From: an uncultured Caulobacter sp.
GTDB lineage: Bacteria > Pseudomonadota > Alphaproteobacteria > Caulobacterales > Caulobacteraceae
Direction: 5' to 3'
Assembly: GCA_913776195.1 (NCBI GenBank)
Contig: CAJYMH010000035.1
Coordinates: forward strand, 1,437 to 65,436
Length of the DNA stretch: 64,000 bases
Below the pieces are notes generated by a model that did not search any database, was not told where the DNA came from, and worked only from the letters and a program-made list of their open reading frames with translations. The translations under genes were made by a program, and so were the position numbers. Below are positions 58,482-64,000 of the stretch, piece after piece; position 1 is the stretch's first letter; each line of letters starts with the position of its first letter.

Positions 58482-59105
58482 CTACTTCGCGATCAGCGCC
58501 TTGTGCGCGGCGTTCCAGTATTGGACGCCGGTGATGATGGTGACGATCGTGGCCAGCCACAGCAGGCTGTGCGCGGTCAGGGTCACCGGATTGAGAATTT
58601 CCGGCTCCGACGACAGGTTGAAGCCGGGCCAGGCCATGACCAGCATCTCGGCCGCCAGGGCCGTGATCTGCAGGGTGGTCTTCCACTTGGCCAGCAGGGT
58701 GACCGGCAGCTTCACGCCCTTGCCGGCGGAAATCTCCCGCAGGGCGCTGACGGTGAATTCCCGAAACAGGATCAGGCCGATCGGCAGCACGATCATCGGC
58801 TGACCGCCCAGGCCCAGAAGGCCAAGCGCCGCGCCACAGACCAGCACCTTGTCGGCGATGGGGTCGAGGATCGCCCCCCACACGCTCTCGGCGTTCAGTT
58901 TGCGCGCCAGCCAGCCGTCGAAGAAGTCCGTCACCCCGGCGACCACGAAGGCGTAGAGCGACCACCTCAGCAGCGCGAACTGCATGTCCGGCGTGAGTTG
59001 ATCGGAAAGGCCAGGCACGCCCCCCGCCGCCGCGGTCAGGGCCGCGAACATGAACAGGCAGAGGACCAGGCGAAGGCCGGTGAGGATGTTTGGCAGCGAC
59101 TTCAT
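58482..59105 (-). CDS. pgsA: CDP-diacylglycerol--glycerol-3-phosphate 3-phosphatidyltransferase
   Basis: LPNILT..R, TDFFDGWLAR..GAILDPIADK, REF.VS.LRE, AKWKT. Confidence 0.93.
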   Translation of the reverse strand: MKSLPNILTGLRLVLCLFMFAALTAAAGGVPGLSDQLTPDMQFALLRWSLYAFVVAGVTDFFDGWLARKLNAESVWGAILDPIADKVLVCGAALGLLGLGGQPMIVLPIGLILFREFTVSALREISAGKGVKLPVTLLAKWKTTLQITALAAEMLVMAWPGFNLSSEPEILNPVTLTAHSLLWLATIVTIITGVQYWNAAHKALIAK

Positions 59106-59218
59106 GAAGACTCCTTAGCCCGTAACGCATGACAACTGAAAGCGGCGCTCCGCGTCCAGTAGTTACTGACCATCTCGCCGAACGCTGCTAAGGGGGCCTC
59201 CTTCAGGGGAAGTCACGA

Positions 59219-61405
59219 ATGACCAAGAAGAACCGGGCGGCGTTCAAGCTCGACACCAATCTCGCCGGGGCGGACGCCGGCTTCCGCGGCGCCGTGGGCG
59301 TGGCAGCCCTGATCGGCGTTATGCTGTTCGGCTACATGTTCGGATTCGACCTGCCGCTGGCCAGCGCGTCGTTCTGGTCCATGCCCAAGAGCGACATGGT
59401 CGCCATGACCGGCGGCTACGAAGCGTTCATCCGCGAGCCCTGGGCCTTCCCCCTCACCATGGTGTCGGGCCTGACGCCGGAGCCGACGCCCATCGTCTTC
59501 ACCGACAGCATCCCCTGGCTGTCGGTGCTGCTGAAGGCTGTGGGCCTGGGCGGGGTGTTCAACACGCTCGGCCTGTTCCTGCTGATCTCCTATCCGCTGC
59601 AGGCCATCGCCATGGGCGCCCTGATGCGCGCGCTGGGCGTCACCAAGCCGCTGCCGGTGCTGGCCGCCTGTCTCCTGGCCCTGATGTTCCCGGCCTGGAT
59701 TATCCGACAGTTCGGCCACATCGCCCTGTGCGGCCACTGGATCCTGCTGTTTTCGCTGGCGCTATCGGTGAGCATGGCGCGCAACGGCCTTCAGCGCCGC
59801 CACACCCTCGGCTTCGTGGCCGTCGGCGTGCTGGCGACCGGCATCCACGCCTATCACCTGGTCCCCGTGGCCGCCTGTCTTGGCGCGGGCCTGCTGTCGG
59901 TGTTGCTGCAGGAGGGGCCGCGCAGCCTGCCCCGCGTGCTGATCAGCGGCGGCGCCGTGTCGGCTGGCATCGTGATTTCGGCCCTGATCCTAGGCTACCG
60001 CGAGGGCGCCGGGGCCACCGGCGGCGCGGACGCCCTAGGCTTTTATTCCATGAACATGGTCGGGCCGTTCTGGCCGCAGGCCTCGAACCTGTGGGGCCAG
60101 GACTGGACCGGCGCCTGGTTCCTGGGCTCGCTCGATCCCAATGGCGGCCAAGTGTTCGAAGGCTTCCAGTATCTGGGGGCGGGCGTCCTGCTGCTGGTGG
60201 TTCCCCTGTCCATCGCCTTCATCCGGGCCGATCTGCCGACGCGGGCGATCCTCAAGCGTTGGGGGCCGCTGGCCTTCGCCATGGCGGTGCTGACCCTTTG
60301 GGCCATCGGCTGGAACGCCTATTTCGGCTCGCTGAAGGCCTGGAGCCTGCCCAAGCCGAGCGGATCAGTCGCCGACATCCTGGGCGGTTTCCGCGCGCAT
60401 GGGCGTTTCTTCTGGGCGTTCGGCTATCTGCTGATCGCCCTGGGCGTAGCCTGGGCCGCGCGTCTGCCGCGCTATGTGGCGGCGGTTCTTCTGATCTCCG
60501 CCGTGGCGCTGCAGGCCTATGACACCGTCCAGATGCGCATCGGCGTGCGATCCAACTATGAGCAGCCGGGCGATAAGCTGTACCCAGCCGGGCTGGATAC
60601 CGCCGTCTCGGTGCGGGGCCGTCCCTGGGTGTTCACGCCGTCCTACTTCTGCAGCCCGTCGGGCCAAGATCAGCAGGTCATCAGCCAGATGAATCTGATG
60701 ATCGTCCGCACCGGCGGAACGACCAACACCTACGCCACGGCGCGTAGCCGCGACGCCGCCTGCGACGCCCTGCCCGCCGGATACGCCAAGGACGCCGCGC
60801 CCGGCGACCGGCGGATCATGGTGATCACCAGCAACGACCAGTTCGAGGGCGGCGCCCTTCAGCTGATCGCCGGCCGCAACGACTGCTACCGCTTCAAGCG
60901 CGGGGCGATCTGCGGTCGTGACCTGGATGGCGTCGCTGGCCTGACCAAGGTTCGCGCGGGCGAGTTCTCGTCGGCCTCGCGTCAGGAGGTCTTCGTGGCG
61001 CGCATGGATCAGGGCTTCAAACCGGCTAACCTGACGTCGGGCTGGAGCGCGGCCGAGCCGGGCGCCAAGGGTATATGGTCCATCGGCCCCAAGGCCGAGA
61101 TCGCGGTGAACGCGCCGCCGACGCTGCAAGCCGGCCGTCCGCTGGTGGTGGAGATGACCATGATCGGCTTCTCCGACGCGCCGATCCGCCCGCAGGCGGT
61201 CGCCGTCTCCGTCGCCGGCCGCAAGATCGCCGACCTGTCGGTGGACGCCGGCCTGTTCACGGCCCATCGCGTCGAGGTTCCCGCCGATCTGATCAAGCCA
61301 GGCCAGCCGATCACGCTGACGCTGGACATGCCTGACGCTCGCGCGTCGGCGGCGGACCCGCGCGTGCTGGGCGTCGCCATGCAACAGGTCCGGGTCCTGA
61401 ACTGA
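59219..61405 (+). CDS. Polytopic membrane protein, DUF6311/GT-C-like putative glycosyltransferase with C-terminal periplasmic beta domain
   Basis: EPWAFPL..IVFTDSIPW, GHIAL.GHW, FEGFQYLGAG, FRAHGRFFW; many TM helices. Confidence 0.75.
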   Translation: MTKKNRAAFKLDTNLAGADAGFRGAVGVAALIGVMLFGYMFGFDLPLASASFWSMPKSDMVAMTGGYEAFIREPWAFPLTMVSGLTPEPTPIVFTDSIPWLSVLLKAVGLGGVFNTLGLFLLISYPLQAIAMGALMRALGVTKPLPVLAACLLALMFPAWIIRQFGHIALCGHWILLFSLALSVSMARNGLQRRHTLGFVAVGVLATGIHAYHLVPVAACLGAGLLSVLLQEGPRSLPRVLISGGAVSAGIVISALILGYREGAGATGGADALGFYSMNMVGPFWPQASNLWGQDWTGAWFLGSLDPNGGQVFEGFQYLGAGVLLLVVPLSIAFIRADLPTRAILKRWGPLAFAMAVLTLWAIGWNAYFGSLKAWSLPKPSGSVADILGGFRAHGRFFWAFGYLLIALGVAWAARLPRYVAAVLLISAVALQAYDTVQMRIGVRSNYEQPGDKLYPAGLDTAVSVRGRPWVFTPSYFCSPSGQDQQVISQMNLMIVRTGGTTNTYATARSRDAACDALPAGYAKDAAPGDRRIMVITSNDQFEGGALQLIAGRNDCYRFKRGAICGRDLDGVAGLTKVRAGEFSSASRQEVFVARMDQGFKPANLTSGWSAAEPGAKGIWSIGPKAEIAVNAPPTLQAGRPLVVEMTMIGFSDAPIRPQAVAVSVAGRKIADLSVDAGLFTAHRVEVPADLIKPGQPITLTLDMPDARASAADPRVLGVAMQQVRVLN

Positions 61406-61443
61406 GTTTAGCCAGCCGCCGGCCTCACCGGCCGGCGGTCGCC

Positions 61444-61854
61444 TCAGGCCGCAACGCGCGCGGCCGGGAACACCCAGTAGCGGCTGAGCACAAACAGCAC
61501 GACCGTGTATACGCACATCCCCGACAGCTGGGCTGTGATCTCCGCCAGAGGGCCGTCCGGCAGCACCGCGTGGGCCAGGAAAAGCACACCCTGGTTCAGG
61601 GCGAAGCTGAACAGCACTGAGGCCAGATAACGGGGCCCCGCCTCGCGCACCGAACGGCCCTTGCCGAAGACATAACGACGCTTGAGCACGAAGCTGACCA
61701 TCACGCCCACGGCGTAGCCGCCGGCATTGGCCAGATACGGGTTCACCCCGAAACCCTGCTCCAGACCGATGATGATGCTGAGGCCGACAAGCGTGTTGAC
61801 CACCCCCACCAGTCCGTAGCGGAAGGCGTCGCGGACGAAATTCCGAAAGCTCAC
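61444..61854 (-). CDS. GtrA family lipid-linked sugar flippase
   Basis: RYGLVGVVNTLV, ANAGGY, SFVLKRRYVF, SRYWVF; four TM helices; GTG start overlaps the upstream stop. Confidence 0.9.
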   Translation of the reverse strand: MSFRNFVRDAFRYGLVGVVNTLVGLSIIIGLEQGFGVNPYLANAGGYAVGVMVSFVLKRRYVFGKGRSVREAGPRYLASVLFSFALNQGVLFLAHAVLPDGPLAEITAQLSGMCVYTVVLFVLSRYWVFPAARVAA

Positions 61855-62585
61855 GAGCGGGCGTCTTTCCGGGCGACGACCGCGATAGACATGCCGAACG
61901 GAAGACCCGAACGCGCCACGACCGGCGCCTCCAGGGCGAAGATGGACTGAAGCATTCGGTTCAGGAACTTGGGAGGCATGGCGTCGTCCGGACTGTCGTC
62001 GCCCCGCCAACGCTTCACCTGACGTTGCGCGACCGCGGCGGGAAAGAGGAGCGTGTTGAAATAGGTCGCCCCCTCGATCGTCAAGCCCGCGCCTTCCACG
62101 AGGGCGCGATACTCGGGCAGGACATAACGCCGCTTGTGGTGGTGCAGCTCGTCGTGGCGGCTCCATAGCCATTGATAGGCGGGGACCGTCGTCAGCACCC
62201 AGCCGCCGGGTTTCGCCAACTGGGCCAGCGCCCGCAGGGCGCCGCGATCATCATCCACATGCTCGACCACGTCGAAGGCGCAGACCAGATCGAAGGTCTC
62301 GGGCGCAAAAGGCAGGTCGTCCGGCAGCAGGCCGCCATGAACCGGCACACCAGTCCGCTGGGCGGCGCAGTCGCGGCTTTCGGCGTCAGGCTCGACCGCT
62401 TGCACGTCGCCGAACTGCTTCAGAAGGGGGATGTTGCCCCCTGCCCCGCAACCGACCTCGAGGATGCTGGGCTGGGCTGGAAGGTCGAGGGTCTGGATCA
62501 GGCGGCCCAGAATCCGCCGCCGGGCCGCAAACCACCAATGCTCGCCATCAAGATCACGGAGGTGGTCGTAGATGGCGCGTTCCAT
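61851..62585 (-). CDS. Class I SAM-dependent methyltransferase
   Basis: HWWFAARR, LEVGCGAG motif I, FDVVEHV, TVPAY..WS.HD..HH.RRY. Confidence 0.92.
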   Translation of the reverse strand: MERAIYDHLRDLDGEHWWFAARRRILGRLIQTLDLPAQPSILEVGCGAGGNIPLLKQFGDVQAVEPDAESRDCAAQRTGVPVHGGLLPDDLPFAPETFDLVCAFDVVEHVDDDRGALRALAQLAKPGGWVLTTVPAYQWLWSRHDELHHHKRRYVLPEYRALVEGAGLTIEGATYFNTLLFPAAVAQRQVKRWRGDDSPDDAMPPKFLNRMLQSIFALEAPVVARSGLPFGMSIAVVARKDARS

Positions 62586-62586
62586 A

Positions 62587-63552
62587 TCAGTCGAACCCGT
62601 ATCGCCCGGCCACGATGTAGAGCGGGCGCCCCTTCACTTCCTGATAGATGCGGGCGACGTACTCGCCGAGCGTGCCGATCGCGAGCATCTGAACGCCGAA
62701 GCTCAGCAAGAGGATCACGACGATGGAGGGGTAGCCGGGAACGTCGGCTCCGAACAGCAGGGTGCGACCAATGATGGTCGCGGCGAAGATGAACGCCAAA
62801 ACCGCCGCCGCGAAGCCCACGTAGCTCCAGATGCGGATCGGCACGCTGCTGAACGAGGTCAGGCCGTCCAGGGCGAAGTTCCAGAGTTTCCAGTACCGCC
62901 AGGTGCTGGATCCCGCCGCTCGTTCGGGCCGCACATAGTCCACGCCCACCTGGTTGAAGCCGACCCAGGCGAACAGCCCCTTCATGAAGCGGTTGCGCTC
63001 CGGAAGCTGCTTCAGCACCTCCACCACCTTGCGGTCCATGAGGCGGAAGTCGCCAGCATTGTAGGGCAGCGGCACATCCGAGATGCGGTTGAAGAAGCGG
63101 TAGAAGCCTTGGGCGCTGACCCGTTTTGCGGCGCTGTCTGCGCTGCGGTCCACACGGACGCCGTAGGCGACATCCGCGCCCTTCTCCCACTCCGTCACGA
63201 AGTCGGCGATCAGTTCGGGCGGGTCCTGCAGGTCCACGTCGATGGGCACGATCATGTCCCCGGTGGCGGCGTCTAGCCCGGCGGACAGGGCCGTCTCCTT
63301 ACCGAAGTTACGGGACAGGTCGATGACCTTGATCCGCGGGTCACGCTGCTGGGCGGCGACCAGCACGGCCAGAGTGGCGTCGCGGCTGCCGTCGTTGACG
63401 CAGATGATCTCGTAATCCAGGCCGAGCCCCGACAAGACAGCGTCCATCCGGCCGAAAAACAGCTCCAGCACCTCCTGCTCGTTGTAACAGGGCGCGACGA
63501 CGGACAGACGCTTGCCGGCGCGGGAACGGGTCAGGGCGGGAACGGAAGTCAT
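62587..63552 (-). CDS. GT2 polyprenol-phosphate glycosyltransferase (GtrB-like)
   Basis: VVAPCYNE, VNDGSRD, SRNFGKE, DVDLQDPP, GDFRLMDR, two TM helices, GEYVARIY.EVKGRP. Confidence 0.94.
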   Translation of the reverse strand: MTSVPALTRSRAGKRLSVVAPCYNEQEVLELFFGRMDAVLSGLGLDYEIICVNDGSRDATLAVLVAAQQRDPRIKVIDLSRNFGKETALSAGLDAATGDMIVPIDVDLQDPPELIADFVTEWEKGADVAYGVRVDRSADSAAKRVSAQGFYRFFNRISDVPLPYNAGDFRLMDRKVVEVLKQLPERNRFMKGLFAWVGFNQVGVDYVRPERAAGSSTWRYWKLWNFALDGLTSFSSVPIRIWSYVGFAAAVLAFIFAATIIGRTLLFGADVPGYPSIVVILLLSFGVQMLAIGTLGEYVARIYQEVKGRPLYIVAGRYGFD

Positions 63553-63695
63553 GACTAGTCCTGCGTAGCCGTCAGCGCGATCCGTGGAAAGTCCGATCGT
63601 GCGGCGCACGTTCCGGTTCGAGCTCAAGCTTACGTCGGTTTCACGTGACTGAAAGATCGACGTTCTGTAGACGGGGCGAAGATCGGAGACTTCAC

Positions 63696-64000
63696 ATGCT
63701 AACCCTGTTCCGGCTCGCGGTTTTCGGAGCCGCCCTCACCGCCGCCGCGCCGGCTCTGGCCTACGATCCGGCGCCGTGGATCGAGGACCTGCGGCAGGTG
63801 AAGTCGATCCTGACCAGCAACCGTTACGCCAATCTCGAATGGCTGATCAGCGAGCGGGAGGCGAACCTCGACGCCCTGTTCGCGACCGGCGAGCAGAGGC
63901 TGACGGCGGCGACCAGCGAAGCCGAAGCCAAGGCGCAGTTCGAGCGCACCCTCCTGAACCTCGGCGACGGCCATCTGGAGGTGCAGTGGAACGCCGACCG
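63696..64000 (+). CDS. Probable S41 family peptidase, 5' part only (runs off the window)
   Basis: GGAG RBS, signal peptide MLTLFRLAVFGAALTAAAPALA, then WIEDL..YANLEW..LGDGHL typical of S41 N-termini; open to the window end. Confidence 0.6.
   Translation, partial: MLTLFRLAVFGAALTAAAPALAYDPAPWIEDLRQVKSILTSNRYANLEWLISEREANLDALFATGEQRLTAATSEAEAKAQFERTLLNLGDGHLEVQWNAD

Overview
High-GC alphaproteobacterial chromosome segment, almost certainly Caulobacteraceae (Phenylobacterium/Caulobacter-like). The basis is MucR next to a PAS_5/MopJ-like gene, an RsaA-like S-layer homolog, a Cle-type CheY, CIR/REP-like intergenic repeats and many TonB-dependent receptors. It is mostly core and metabolic genes (ptrB, osmC, sppA, rpiB, pdxH, aroC, queCED, asnB-like, ior-lrp, pgsA) plus three tRNAs (Gln-TTG, Pro-CGG, Met-CAT). 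I saw no integrase, transposase, CRISPR array, RT or defence operon. The most notable features are: (1) a cell-envelope block at 15.1-27.9 kb with three tandem paralogous TonB-dependent receptors that share leaders, TTG starts and terminators, followed by a short RsaA-like gene that looks mosaic; (2) a palindromic REP/CIR-type element inserted in frame inside the asnB-like gene, with at least four repeat families scattered across the window; (3) an unannotated suhB/alpha-r8 (GsrN/MmgR-like) sRNA; (4) a His-less pseudo-kinase fused to a receiver domain; (5) a small acidic protein behind a Fur-like box; (6) a GtrB-methyltransferase-GtrA plus GT-C-like surface-modification cassette. All family calls come from motif recognition by eye; no database searches were run.
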